Translations under genes and position numbers: made by a program
The notes under the pieces: generated by a model
The model's input: the letters and a program-made list of their open reading frames with translations, nothing else
The model's database searches: none
Told to the model about the DNA's origin: nothing
In this document: positions 1 through 16,306 of the stretch, one piece after another
Position numbering within the stretch: the first letter of the stretch is position 1
How the letters are laid out: every line of letters starts with the position of its first letter
Source: Andalucia godoyi And28
Lineage: Eukaryota > Protista > Jakobida
Direction of reading: 5' to 3'
DNA: 64,000 bases
Assembly: GCA_009859145.1 (NCBI GenBank)
Contig: VRVR01000035.1
Span: 99,978-163,977 of the forward strand

Positions 1-265
1 CACAGAACAGTAAAAAAATTCAAAAAAGAAAAAAAAAATTGGAAAGAAAACATATTCAACCGCAGAAGCCAGAAAAAACTGACGTACACGGAGAAGACGT
101 CGTCAATTGTCGACTGCTGCTCAAGAAGGAGGGGAAAGTGTGTGCGAAAAAATCCGTGTTCATGGCTGCGGTGTGCAGAGCGAGGCTCGTGTTGCGAGTG
201 ATTCTTGGCCATTAACCATTTTCTTCATGAGCGAGCGAGAGAGAGAACGAGAGAGGGCGAGAGAA

Positions 266-1335
266 ATGCAGTGTCCGAGTGCTCTGACGTCGATTCATGT
301 GAATCCAGTATCAAAGAGTAGTATTTTAGCGAGTTGTTCAGACGTGTGTGGAAACCACTGGATGGGGTGTCTGTTTGTGTTCAAGCCGACTGAAGACGGG
401 ATTTTCTTCGAGGAGCAGTTCTCAAGCGAGTTGCCTGTTGGTGTGTCTGTTTGTCGCTGGATCTCGGAATCACAGTGTGTTTTCGGGTTGGATGACGGAT
501 CCATCTGTGCTTCCAAAGCGCACAAACTGGACGACTTTTCGCTTGTGGCAGCACATGCAGCAGGCGTAACATCACTGCATGCTCTGAAGGGAAATAAAGT
601 GATATCCACGTCTGTGGACGGTTCCGTCATCTGCTCTGATCTTGATCTTGATGATTATCAGACGGTGTGGTCGATTCCACCATCTGTCGGTCACTGTGGA
701 TCCATCACGGCGAGTGCTGTTGTCGATTCGGTGCTGTTCACTGCGGGTTCAGATCGAAGGATCCGTGCGTGGAATGCCAAGGATGGGACACCTCTCGAGC
801 TTTGCGCAACGGCTGCTGAAGTGGTTTCCAAGATCACGGTCGTGTCGAATGAAGTCGTGGTTCTTGGAGATGTGACTGGCGCCGTTTCTCTTCTCAGGAG
901 AGATGATAACAGGTGGAAATACATTGAGGAATCCATCAAGGTTTGTTTTCTTCCTCTTTCTTTCTGTCTTCTTTCTTCCTCCCTCCCGCTTCCACACCAC
1001 CACCACCACCTCTTCCTGCTGTGATGTTTATCACTACGAGACTGGGTCTAAAAACTCACGCATATTGTTATTTTTTTAATTTTTTTCATTTTCCATGAAT
1101 GTACAATAAGAAGCTGCACTCGTCGCAAATCACAGACTTTGCGGTCGTGGACGGTTCGGCTGTTCTTTCTTCAGGTATAGATGGTCGCGTGGTCCTTTTT
1201 GAAATTGTCGGGAGCTCTGTCGCACCATCCAAAGTAGTGCATGCAGTCCATTGCGGAGTCCATGCGATTGCCTTTGGAAATGCAAAGGTATACATGGGAT
1301 GCTCTGATGGAAAATTGATCGCATTGCCAATGTGA
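266..1335 (+). CDS. WDR77: WD40 protein, methylosome protein 50 (WDR77/MEP50)-like; 2 exons (266-940, 1111-1335)
   Basis: SDVCGNHWMGCLFVFK resembles MEP50 SSLSGRCWAGSLWLFK, followed by WD repeats (AHAAGVTSL...STSVDGSV; GHCGSITAS...TAGSDRRIRAWN). A phase-0 intron, 941 GTTTGT...AATAAG 1110, joins ORF 107-1024 to ORF 1099-1335 in frame. The start could also be ATG 227. Confidence 0.65.
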
Positions 1336-1348
1336 TCGCACCTTCTAG

Positions 1349-2737
1349 CTACTGGTTTTTCTTGGCGCTGTCGGGCGCATCCGTCGTCGGCGTTTCCCTT
1401 TCTTTTTGTCCGACTCTTCTACTATGCCTCTCTGCTATCGTATTGTATGTCGCCATCAGAAAGATGCACACCATGGCAAACCACATGAGAAACGTGTTAT
1501 AGATAAAAGATGGATCCGGACGCAACCCGAGAATAGCAATTGGTGCGCTCCATCGACCCAAAAAGAATGCTGGGGGCTGCTCGAACCCGTGGTGAGCTTC
1601 CGGTCCATATTGCTCGACTGCAAGACTCCATTTTCGAAACGGGATTTCCACAGTCGCAGGGCGCACGCATTGCTGCAGACTAACGTAAATCAATAGTTTT
1701 CCGCTGGCTGAATTGTCAACTCTGTCGAACACTGCATCTCTCACGGCTATGCGATTCACATCTGTGTCATAGTCAATCGCTCCAAGCTTGGAAACAACCA
1801 AGGGGTATGACACGTTGAGACGAAAGTGTGGGGCCACAAAATATGGAGAACAGCGAATAAAGTACAACAACGACCCTGCAGGCTGTCCAGTCCCGGCAAC
1901 AGCAGCGGTAAGCAAAATGGGAGAATCCACGCGACGTTCCGACCGAGAGCGATCCCCGAAAGACCGTGCGATGTACTGCAGAGTGAACGTAACCGAACTC
2001 TGTGATGCAAGTACGTGAATGGACACATATGATGTGTCCATGGATTCAAACAGCGTGTCAGTGTTTGGGATGTCCGGGAATTCTGCGGATAGCGTCGCGG
2101 ACCGCAGCACTGCGCTGCACAGAACAAATCTCGCCATGAGACCTTGCACAGCGGTTTCATTAATGCTGTGAACAACCGTGCCAGAGTATGCAGAAACATG
2201 AGACATCGTATGCTCCTTGCGACCATGCACTGCATCCATCAGCGATCGATCGCCGCGGAAGCTTTGCATCAACGACGACTCCGCGATTGGAGTAATGAAC
2301 AACGACAATACAGTCGACAACGGGCTGGAAGGAACCTGCGCAACATAGCTTCCGGCAGGGTGCGAATTCGATGTCTCCATCAGTGAAAATGGCGCACCCG
2401 TAATCGAATCGACTGCATAAGCAAGCAAGTCCCACTGTGACAGATTCATGCTGCTGCCAGATGAGACTGCAGAAAGCCTCAATCCAGCAGGAACATGCAT
2501 GGATGGGTCTCCCCACAGTGAATAGAGCCACGGACCAGATGACACAGAGTATGTAATTGAATCCATCCCAAGCTTTGCACACAGCTTTGTGTACACTCTG
2601 TGCTGCAATTCACCACTTTTGAATTGCAACCGCACAGTTACAGCATCGACATCTCCGGAAACCGTCACCACGGACACCTTTGACAAACAGAGTGCACACA
2701 TCAAAGAAAGATGCACAAGCAAAACCATGCTCCTCAT
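1349..2737 (-). CDS. PIGT: GPI transamidase component PIG-T/GPI16
   Basis: N-terminal signal peptide; EQYGPEAHHGF resembles EYTPDPNHGF; LRPDPSFIYNT resembles PTPDFSMPYNV, followed by a TM helix; C-terminal KKNQ fits the KKxx ER-retrieval motif. Confidence 0.85.
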   Translation of the reverse strand: MRSMVLLVHLSLMCALCLSKVSVVTVSGDVDAVTVRLQFKSGELQHRVYTKLCAKLGMDSITYSVSSGPWLYSLWGDPSMHVPAGLRLSAVSSGSSMNLSQWDLLAYAVDSITGAPFSLMETSNSHPAGSYVAQVPSSPLSTVLSLFITPIAESSLMQSFRGDRSLMDAVHGRKEHTMSHVSAYSGTVVHSINETAVQGLMARFVLCSAVLRSATLSAEFPDIPNTDTLFESMDTSYVSIHVLASQSSVTFTLQYIARSFGDRSRSERRVDSPILLTAAVAGTGQPAGSLLYFIRCSPYFVAPHFRLNVSYPLVVSKLGAIDYDTDVNRIAVRDAVFDRVDNSASGKLLIYVSLQQCVRPATVEIPFRKWSLAVEQYGPEAHHGFEQPPAFFLGRWSAPIAILGLRPDPSFIYNTFLMWFAMVCIFLMATYNTIAERHSRRVGQKERETPTTDAPDSAKKNQ

Positions 2738-3050
2738 CGTCTGAACCGAGACTAAAAATGCTCTTCATATGTCGCTGCATAATCGAAAAATAAAGGAAAA
2801 CGATAAAATGGGCAAAAGATGGAAAGACCAGAAGGACGGATATCTGCATGGTGGAAATCTGCCGTCCGTACAGCCTCTGACTGTTCGGCTTGATGCTAGT
2901 GCGTGAGTCTGGATTGGGGCGGTATAAAAATGCTTGGTTTTGGTTCAGTTCGCTGAACCGTGTATTTGCTGTACTGGTTTTGTTGTACTATTTGTACTAT
3001 TTGTTGGTTTGGTCTGTATCTTTCATTGAGAACCGCCGCGGATTGTCACC

Positions 3051-3182
3051 ATGTTCATGTTCAACAAGCCTGCTCCACAGCCGTACGGAGCTGCCATGAA
3101 AGAGCTCCGAAACAATATCGTTGCATTTGCTGGCATTGTGACACTTTTCCGATTAATACCGCTTGTTGCATCGCGACTCTAG
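3051..3182 (+). CDS. 43-aa small ORF, TOM5-like mitochondrial import receptor small subunit
   Basis: MFMFNKPAPQPYGAAMKELRNNIVAFAGIVTLFRLIPLVASRL*; start context gtcaccATG. The single C-terminal hydrophobic helix IVAFAGIVTLFRLIPLV aligns by eye to TOMM5 IRNFLIYVALLRVTPFI. Below the 60-aa cutoff of the ORF track. Confidence 0.6.
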   Translation: MFMFNKPAPQPYGAAMKELRNNIVAFAGIVTLFRLIPLVASRL

Positions 3183-3197
3183 ACTGTACTCTCTGGA

Positions 3198-3225
3198 TGT
3201 GTGTGTGTGTGTGTGTGTGTGTGTG
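3198..3225. repeat. (TG)n microsatellite
   Basis: Perfect TG run, seen directly. Confidence 0.95.
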
Positions 3226-3415
3226 GCTGTCACTGTGTGCCGATGATGATCCAGGTTGAGGATACGCAAAGGACACGCAAAATCAAGTCCAAATTCATCC
3301 ATTCTATTTACTGCATGTTGGATCTGCACAACGACATCTGTACATGCAATTTCTCTGTCACCCACTTTTTCTCGCAGCCTTCCACACACGCAGACACGCC
3401 TTTTTCGCTTCTTCA

Positions 3416-6400
3416 TCATCGTAAACCTCCATGCTTTGCAAGGTACTTGTCGCACATTTGGACAACGGACTTTAGTCCTTTTGCATCGGATTGCTCACGA
3501 ACCATGAGAACATCTTCAATACGTCCATTCTCGATTGCCAAAAAGCACGCAGCCTTGTGTTTTTCGCAGATTAAACAGCAGAGAACCTTCCGACTGGGAT
3601 CCTTGACTTGTCCACACAGCCGCTCTGCCAGCTTATACTCCTGCAGTTCAAGCACCAAGGTATGGACGCAGGCCGTAAGCACCCCGTCCCAGTCGTCCAC
3701 GTCCACCAGACCCTTCATTTCAGTTATGAGCTCCAAAAGCTTGGCTGGCTGGTTTTGATGGATGAACGTCACGGCACACTTTCGATAAACATCTGCCGGA
3801 AGTCGCAAAGCATTCATCACCCGCACCGCCGTCCCGTACTCGCCAATCATCAGCAGCGTCTCTGCAACTCGGCACTGCTCATAAAGAGAGCCGAAGAGCG
3901 TCGTTCTAAACCCAACCATTCCGTTCTTGCGGCTCTCAACACCAGCATACGGAGAGCGCATCAAGTTTGGATCCGTCTTAAATGCAGGCAACTCTGAAAT
4001 CGTGGTGCCCGCCTCCGACATGTCGAGCAACTTCTTCAGTAACGATGTCTCCACATCACACATCAATGCATCACCGCCATATTTGCGAACCCGCGGAAGC
4101 AACTCGAGTTGTTCCAACAAGGTCTCGCACGACATGTATCCATCAAGACAACAAGACAACGCGACCTCGTTTTCACCCACGAGGGCATGGAACGAACTTG
4201 CCATCCGAAACGCACCCAGGTCTCGTAATGGCTTGGCAACCTGGTCGCGAATGCGGTTCGTAATCCCCACCTCAAACGTCTTGAATCGGTCATTCAGAAG
4301 CGCATACATTGTGGGAATCTGATTGGTCCGAAATGCACAGATCGTTAGCAAAGTCCAGTCCTCCAGGAAATCTAGCAACACATCGGCATGGCCTTGGGAT
4401 ACCAGTACCTCAACGGCAGCCACTGGAAACAGAGGACCGTTCGGAGCCTTCCGACTCTTACACGCAGTTAGCAGCTCGTCCCAGCCTTTTCCACAAAGGT
4501 CATCGGAAGTAGCCCAGATAACAGACTCCACGGCACAATCCAAGTTGTTCTTGTTGAGCAGCGGAACAGATCGATTCAGCAAATTCTTGGGCGTCGCTTC
4601 AATAGCGGCGGCCATGCTTAATCGGCTGTGTGCAGATCGAGATGCGGAGATGACAGACGCGGGGTCAATGCCAAAATACTGACACAACAACTCAGCGTAC
4701 GCAAAATGCCCACGAGAAGTCAAGTCGTCTTTCAGCAAGAGCAGTTGCTTGCTGTCGTCATTAATAATCAGTCGAATATATCGCGCCGGTAAAGACGGCT
4801 CTATCAACAGAATTTCATTGAGAACCTCAAGAACGCGCGAAGTCCTGTTCCACGGAAGAATGTGGCGTAGAGAGCCCTCCACGCGAAAGATGTCGAGAAA
4901 AAATGAAAACACCTTGCCCAGGGTGTCTGCAGGGACCGGATCTTGATAGGACTTCTCGAAGATTTCCAGGCAGACCGCCGACATCAGCTCTTGAATGAGA
5001 CTCCACGTCTGTTCCACCTTCCAGAAACACAGCACGTTAAAGGCAGTCAGATAGGCCTCCAAAGAATAGACCTTGTGCAAGCCTGTTCTTTGAATAAACG
5101 TCTTCGAAAGACTGTCTTTGTCCACAACAGCCAGCGGGAATATCTTGCGGCATAACCTGCTGAGAAGAGCCCTCGCAAACGGCATGGTCACACTCCACAT
5201 CGACTCGAAGGCGTCAACCAAAGTTGAGGAAGGGAAATGCAGCAACATTTCGCAAACCGACAATGAGATGTCGTCTGCGGATTGTATTCTTTCCAAACAC
5301 ATGTTTGCAAAGAGCAGCGCGATTCCGCACCAAGACTGACTGCAGCAAAACCGAAACGCAACAGCCAGGGAACTGGAATCTGAAGACAACTTGGCGCGCG
5401 CAGATTCATCAAACAATTCATCAAATTTGAAAATAGCATTGCGGCAAAGAGACTGCAGCCGCGAGGACATCCAAGCCGAAATGTACGTCGGAACGTCGGA
5501 CATATCCAAGAGGAATTGAATGAATGAAATGCACTCGTCGCGTGACAAGCAAACATTCAGAGGTGTATCGGCCATTTGAAACAATGAAAACAGATACTGC
5601 AAGATGACCTTGTCGTCCCGGGCAACTTCTCCTTTGTTGACAGAAGATGCTCTTGGTCGGACAAAGCGTCCATAGGGCGTGAAGGTTCGTGATGACACGG
5701 GGCCGTAGGCAAATTGAAGATCTGGAAGAAAAGTCTCGCCAGGTTTCCGAGTGACCATGCTTGCGCATATATGCAACACATCGTTATCGATTGTCGGACA
5801 TGAGTCTTTCATTTTGCGAGGAACTGCAAAGAAATACGGATCGGAAAGAATTTTGGGAGACAGGGAGCCGCCGGGTTGCAAGAATCCAGAAAATTGCAGA
5901 TCAGAGACCAGAGCTCGGAAATCGTCGTAACAGGCATCAGAAAGTTGCAGAAGCAAAACCACATCCTCGGTTCGTAGCTTGTTCAAGTGCATCATAATAT
6001 GGTTGGATCGACACTCGTGGTCATCGAGTTGCATCAGAGACCAGAACAGCTTTTGATGATCCTTCTTATCCTTTTCCTCAATGGCAAGGGTTAAAAATTT
6101 CGCAGGCAACAAGTACTCCAAATCGGATTCAATTGCTCTGGAGATAGCCACATACGGATCAACCCCGGAAGACAGCCACTGCAGGAACAATAAATTATAC
6201 ATTTCCTTTCGACGTGCATGAAGGGGGGCGGGCGTAGACGTCAAGGAAACAGCCCCGCCCATCAACTTCTGCAAGGAGATCATGTCATTCAGGAACAGTC
6301 GTATCTCTTGGATGAAGGCGTCCTGATTGCAGTGCTGTGTCAGCACTAACAGTCTCTCTGACGAAATAGAAGAAAAATCTAAAAAGGGGAACAGCGCAGC

Positions 6401-7768
6401 AATGACTGAAGAGCCCAGATTCCTAGATGCCTCCTCAACAACCTCGTAAGAACACACCAGCAGCGACTTTGCAAGCAAACTCAGGGTGAGAATCCGGAGT
6501 GATTGCAAGTCCCTTCGAATAGCATCCCAGACACTGCCACACTGCGAAATATCCGAAAGATGCGGAAGCAATGAAGCAGAAATGGAAGCTGCAAAAATCG
6601 GACCAAAATCTTGAGTAGACTGCAGACGTCCCGAAAACCGAAGCGCATCGGGCAAGATGTTTGCAGCCCAGTCCACAAAAGAAATCACGCTCTGCTCGGG
6701 AAAAAACCGAACATCTCCAACTCCGCAAATAAAACGGGACAGCTCCAGCCCGGGCGAATCATCAAGACAAATACATTGAAACTTTGCAAAATCACTACGC
6801 ATTGGTGAGAAGACGATGCTAGACAACGCGTCTGATGCCGCTGCTTGCGAATATGCCCCTTCTTCTAGATCCACGGGAGTGTGTTGGATTTCTGCTCCCA
6901 AAATTCTACCAGGGCTTCTACACAAAGAACTTCGATATCGCACTGCTAAAACGATCAACAGATACGCCGTCGATACGTCGGGTCGCAGTAGAACGGTTGG
7001 CAGATGAATTTGGCCTAGGACTTCTTCAAATAGTGGAAGCAGCCGTGCAATCGTCTTTAGAAAAGCAACGTATTCCGAAAGGAATGCACTTGTCGGATGG
7101 ACATTCAACAGAAACTGAGAAAAAAACAGCAACTCCGCGGTCATCTGGACCATATCTTTGGCATCAGGAAGGCTCGCTCGAATGCTTTGCAGGAGGGTAA
7201 TCATCACCGGCAGAAGGTCGTCTCCGATTTGAACGGTCTTGCATATGATGTACAGCTTCCGCAACAAAAGAGAGTCTCCGCTCGCCTGGATGTGCTGCAA
7301 CACCTCCTCACATGCGGAACATATGAGATCGTATCTGTAATCAAGCACCAGCTTGTCCACAAACCTCTCGGTGTTGTCCAAAAGAGACAAATTCAGCGAA
7401 TTCCTGATTTCGTACCACGACATACCCCTTTCTCTCATTTTCCAGATTTGGTTCACATTAGAAAGTGGGGAATGGCTCTGCAGCAGTTCAATGAATCGGC
7501 AATCGGATGAAAATCTCGTGAACGCATCCATCAGTTGATGATCCACAATCGAATGATCAAGAGAGTCAATGAACGCGGCATCTCGGCGAAGAAATGAAAA
7601 TACGACAGCCGCAGCTGGAAACTGCGAGGCAAAATCGTGCAGAAACTGCTTATCACGAGAGCTCAGCTCCTTTGAGCACAAGAAACTGTGAACGGAGTCC
7701 AAAAGAGTGTGGCGATTGTGCTCGAGAGATTCCAACGCGGCTTCATGAAGAGATATTCTCGGTAGCAT
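3416..7768 (-). CDS. ZFYVE26: Spastizin (ZFYVE26/SPG15)-like alpha-solenoid protein, 1450 aa
   Basis: C-terminus KVLCCLICEKHKAACFLAIE...VVQMCDKYL resembles spastizin KVRAYLICCKLRSAYLIAVK...VVQDICAQWL; the body is helical and Leu-rich. Confidence 0.7.
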   Translation of the reverse strand: MLPRISLHEAALESLEHNRHTLLDSVHSFLCSKELSSRDKQFLHDFASQFPAAAVVFSFLRRDAAFIDSLDHSIVDHQLMDAFTRFSSDCRFIELLQSHSPLSNVNQIWKMRERGMSWYEIRNSLNLSLLDNTERFVDKLVLDYRYDLICSACEEVLQHIQASGDSLLLRKLYIICKTVQIGDDLLPVMITLLQSIRASLPDAKDMVQMTAELLFFSQFLLNVHPTSAFLSEYVAFLKTIARLLPLFEEVLGQIHLPTVLLRPDVSTAYLLIVLAVRYRSSLCRSPGRILGAEIQHTPVDLEEGAYSQAAASDALSSIVFSPMRSDFAKFQCICLDDSPGLELSRFICGVGDVRFFPEQSVISFVDWAANILPDALRFSGRLQSTQDFGPIFAASISASLLPHLSDISQCGSVWDAIRRDLQSLRILTLSLLAKSLLVCSYEVVEEASRNLGSSVIAALFPFLDFSSISSERLLVLTQHCNQDAFIQEIRLFLNDMISLQKLMGGAVSLTSTPAPLHARRKEMYNLLFLQWLSSGVDPYVAISRAIESDLEYLLPAKFLTLAIEEKDKKDHQKLFWSLMQLDDHECRSNHIMMHLNKLRTEDVVLLLQLSDACYDDFRALVSDLQFSGFLQPGGSLSPKILSDPYFFAVPRKMKDSCPTIDNDVLHICASMVTRKPGETFLPDLQFAYGPVSSRTFTPYGRFVRPRASSVNKGEVARDDKVILQYLFSLFQMADTPLNVCLSRDECISFIQFLLDMSDVPTYISAWMSSRLQSLCRNAIFKFDELFDESARAKLSSDSSSLAVAFRFCCSQSWCGIALLFANMCLERIQSADDISLSVCEMLLHFPSSTLVDAFESMWSVTMPFARALLSRLCRKIFPLAVVDKDSLSKTFIQRTGLHKVYSLEAYLTAFNVLCFWKVEQTWSLIQELMSAVCLEIFEKSYQDPVPADTLGKVFSFFLDIFRVEGSLRHILPWNRTSRVLEVLNEILLIEPSLPARYIRLIINDDSKQLLLLKDDLTSRGHFAYAELLCQYFGIDPASVISASRSAHSRLSMAAAIEATPKNLLNRSVPLLNKNNLDCAVESVIWATSDDLCGKGWDELLTACKSRKAPNGPLFPVAAVEVLVSQGHADVLLDFLEDWTLLTICAFRTNQIPTMYALLNDRFKTFEVGITNRIRDQVAKPLRDLGAFRMASSFHALVGENEVALSCCLDGYMSCETLLEQLELLPRVRKYGGDALMCDVETSLLKKLLDMSEAGTTISELPAFKTDPNLMRSPYAGVESRKNGMVGFRTTLFGSLYEQCRVAETLLMIGEYGTAVRVMNALRLPADVYRKCAVTFIHQNQPAKLLELITEMKGLVDVDDWDGVLTACVHTLVLELQEYKLAERLCGQVKDPSRKVLCCLICEKHKAACFLAIENGRIEDVLMVREQSDAKGLKSVVQMCDKYLAKHGGLR

Positions 7769-8668
7769 GTCTTCTTTGGATACTCTCCGAAAGCGAGGAT
7801 AAATACCAGTTTAACAAAAATAGAAGTAGTAACTGTTGTTGTCGTTGTTATTGTAGTATTACAAAACGAATGGAAGAAGCAAATCGGGCGCGTCTGTGCA
7901 GTGCGCAGCAAGCGTGTTTTTTTTTTTTTTTCGATTGTCAAAAGATGCTTTCGGCGGAGAGCCTGTGTGGGTGGAAAGGAAAGAAGAATCAATGAAGAAG
8001 AAAACGCTCCGCCATATGGGGGAGGTGTTTCTGCACTAATTTTTTACAGCTGCGAGACCCTAGGTATAACTCTCCAACCCAAAACGTCTGGTGAACGGCT
8101 GTGAGGATCACCGGAGAGTATGGCTGAAGGTGTGCAGGTCGAGGCCCAGTGAGAGACACTGTCGAATACTGACAACCGATTCCTTGTAATCGATGATTCC
8201 TCCGCCGCGGCCTCTCCCTCTCCCTCTCTCTGTGCGTGGCGCACACCATTGCCGATCAACAATCAATGCAACATCCGCTCGATTGAAAACAGAGAATGGA
8301 AGATCCAGAGAGAATGAACAAGTGGATTAAAAATGCGGAATGGCAATAGATGAAGCTCGTTGAAACCCCTAGTTTCCCATGGTTTCCAGGGTCCAAACGG
8401 TTTCTGACGAATGCATTAATTGATCAATTCAAGAGCTCTGAACGAAAAATTAGGATGCCTCTGTCTTTTGGCGTACGCAGACACCCGGATGTCCCACTCA
8501 AAAAGAGGAACTCCTAAATAATCTGTTTGAGGCGCAGCATGCGAGACAAATGTTTGGAGAGGTTTTGGGCTGGAGGATAATACCTTATGGTAGGTAATAG
8601 GACGCGATCAACGGAAATTCGCAAACGTCAGAAAGGAATACCATCAGCGAAGAAAGAAAAAGAAGGAT

Positions 8669-9679
8669 TTACAATGTGCCCGGGGCCTGCAAAGTGTTTC
8701 TTTTGGTCTTTGACGACACATTCTTGTGCAACAGTACTTTTGCGTTGCCCGAGTTGAGACCTTCCAGCAGCTCGCAGGCTCGGCAAATTCCTTGAGACGA
8801 CACAAATCCGCACTTGGTGCAGGGCATTTGGACTTGCCGATTCTGCGGCTCGAGTTCTTCAAAATGGAAGCGCTCTGCAGAATGAATAATATCTAGAATT
8901 GCAGATGGTCGGATCCTCTCGAGATCCTTGACGAATTCACGGGCATATCCGCGATATGCGTTTGGAGAATAGATGCACTCTGTCGAAAAGTAGTCCAAAG
9001 ACCTGTGATATGCATACATTACAATTTCCTTTTCGTAGGCATACTTGAACGGCTTGCAACGGGGAATAGTAGAAACAGAATCTTCGGTAATGTCCGTAGT
9101 AATCGATACGCAGCGCTTCAATCGAGCGATATCTCCTCGAAGCAAGTTCATCAGTACCGTTTCAGCAACGTCGTCTGCATTATGACCAGTTGCAATCTGA
9201 TCGGCCTTGATCAGCGCTGCTCCTCTCTCAAGCGCTTGCCTTCTGAAAACTCCACAAAACGTACAGTTTGACTTCATCCCGATTTCTCGGACAATGTCAT
9301 CCATTGACCATCCATACAGATCCTTGTACGACAAAATGCTCAACGGCAAACCGTATACTGCTTGATTCCGTTTCACACACTCCAGGGAATCGTCCCTGTA
9401 GCCAGTAATTCCTTCATCGATGCTCACGAGAATCAGCTCGATTCCATACGAATGCTTCTGATTCAACAGATGCAGTACATGTGCAAGAACAGTAGAGTCC
9501 TTGCCGCCGGACGCACCAATAGCAACTCGCTCCCCTTTTCGGAACAACTGGTTCGAAGTAATAGTCTGGTGCACTTCTGCTTCAAATAAGTCGAAGAAGC
9601 ACTGTTTGCAAATGACCGAGCCCGTCTTTGGTCTTTTCAAAACCGCCTTTTCTTTAGAGCACCTCTCGCAAAGCCTCAT
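8669..9679 (-). CDS. CTU1: Cytoplasmic tRNA 2-thiolation protein 1
   Basis: N-terminal CxxC pairs, PP-loop [44 protein letters not shown]-terminal CTKCG and CRAC. Confidence 0.97.
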   Translation of the reverse strand: MRLCERCSKEKAVLKRPKTGSVICKQCFFDLFEAEVHQTITSNQLFRKGERVAIGASGGKDSTVLAHVLHLLNQKHSYGIELILVSIDEGITGYRDDSLECVKRNQAVYGLPLSILSYKDLYGWSMDDIVREIGMKSNCTFCGVFRRQALERGAALIKADQIATGHNADDVAETVLMNLLRGDIARLKRCVSITTDITEDSVSTIPRCKPFKYAYEKEIVMYAYHRSLDYFSTECIYSPNAYRGYAREFVKDLERIRPSAILDIIHSAERFHFEELEPQNRQVQMPCTKCGFVSSQGICRACELLEGLNSGNAKVLLHKNVSSKTKRNTLQAPGTL

Positions 9680-10152
9680 TATGCTCTCTTTTTTGACACT
9701 TCACAAATAAATCACGGAAACTTCGAAATGTCGTCGCGCGGTTTCAAGCAGATACCGGTGCACAGGACGACGATCGTGTTCGACTATCTGCAAACACTCG
9801 GAAGAAACGGAAAGACGAAAAACAAAGGTGTTGGCAAAGAGAAACGCGAGTCGGGGCCCTTCAGACTTGGACTTCAGAACGCATCGTGATCTGGGGAGTG
9901 AGCAGCAATGAGCAGGAAAGGTCCGGTGAACGGTGCCGCCATGCACTTTGCATCAAGCATCAAAGCATCCTCCAAGCCATGTTCGTCCACCAATACCGGT
10001 AGGGATTGAAAAAAGTCGAAGCGTTGCTGGATGCTGTTATTATTTTCGTCTGGGACTTTGGTGTCTTTCGTCCTCCTCTTTGTCAGATTCCTCTGCAGAA
10101 GCAAGGGCAAAGGCCGACGCTGACACAAAATAATAGTAATTATTATAATATC

Positions 10153-15223
<5,071 letters not shown>

Positions 15224-15232
15224 GTAAAGAAC

Positions 15233-16306
15233 TCATCGTTTACGCGAAGACCTTCGCAGATTTTGCGTCGGCTCTTGTTGTTGTTGTGTAGAAGACGAGC
15301 AGGAGGAGGAGGAGGAGGAATTCTCCATCGACGTTCCGTTGCGTTCTTCGAGACCGTTCGCAGAACTCACCGCAGTTGCCAGGAATTCAATACCCTCCGA
15401 TGGAGTATGAACTTTCTGCGCATTGTCAACTTTCGCAATGGGAGCGGCCAACAACGAGTGATACCCGGGCACTTCGTCGGCAGGACGTTGCTTCATCTCC
15501 ACGTACGCTCTGAAACCCCATTTCACCATCTCATCCTTTTCAGGGATGCGATCGATCGCAACATATCCCATTGACTGTGCCTCATCAAAGACGCTCTTAT
15601 CCTTTCCCTTGAAGTCAATTCCCAGAGTCGAAATGTGATTATGCAACATGGACAGCGGGATCTGCTTCTCTGTCGGGTTGCTTAGATCGATGATTGCAAG
15701 CGTCGTGAGCAGCATTCCGGAAAACCGAGCGTCCGACGGAGAATGGGAGTCATGTAAATTTCGCAGCGCATAGATCTTCCTCGAGGCATCTGGGACGATT
15801 TCGAATCCAAAGTGCCTGATGAGCCTGAAGTTCGCTTCCTTGAGTAACTGATTCGCGACGTTTTTTCTGCCCGAAAGATTGGAAAACGGCTTTAGGACAA
15901 GATCAACGATCATTTGCCGTTTGACCATGCTGCCATTGGACTGAGACACCAAGAACAACCGCACCAAGTGACGAACCAAAGATTCGAGCAAGTCAGACCC
16001 GATGCTCGCGTAATGCCCAGAATCTTCAGCATCGGCATTTGCGTCCTTTTCATCCGCTGCAGAACTAGCATTTTGCGACGACCCAGAAGCTGCCCGTTTG
16101 CTTTGAGTTGACCGCTGAATGTACCCTCCATCACTGTTGTCTCCACCGCCTTCGACGTCATCATCATCATCGTCGTCGTCGTCGTCGTCATCGTCATCGT
16201 CTAAGGCTCTCTTGCGGCTCACAGGCCGCTTTCGAATGTTGTCGTCGTCGCTACGGCTGCCACGGACCACTTCTCGGGAGCCTTGCTTTCTCGCTCGGTT
16301 TGACAT
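15233..16306 (-). CDS. NSMCE3: MAGE-domain protein, SMC5/6 subunit NSE3-like
   Basis: LVRHLVRLFL...VKRQMI...ANFRLIRHFGFEI...GMLLTTLAII...WGFRAYVE matches the MAGE winged-helix pattern; acidic N-terminal tail. Start taken at MSNRARK. Confidence 0.75.
   Translation of the reverse strand: MSNRARKQGSREVVRGSRSDDDNIRKRPVSRKRALDDDDDDDDDDDDDDDVEGGGDNSDGGYIQRSTQSKRAASGSSQNASSAADEKDANADAEDSGHYASIGSDLLESLVRHLVRLFLVSQSNGSMVKRQMIVDLVLKPFSNLSGRKNVANQLLKEANFRLIRHFGFEIVPDASRKIYALRNLHDSHSPSDARFSGMLLTTLAIIDLSNPTEKQIPLSMLHNHISTLGIDFKGKDKSVFDEAQSMGYVAIDRIPEKDEMVKWGFRAYVEMKQRPADEVPGYHSLLAAPIAKVDNAQKVHTPSEGIEFLATAVSSANGLEERNGTSMENSSSSSSCSSSTQQQQEPTQNLRRSSRKR

Noticed and set aside
8050-8200. Plus-strand frame with four in-frame TGA codons (...GEYG*RCAG...), suggesting a selenoprotein
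   Set aside because: No start codon, no CxxU or other selenoprotein motif, and no SECIS-like stem seen; TGA is used as an ordinary stop elsewhere in the window.
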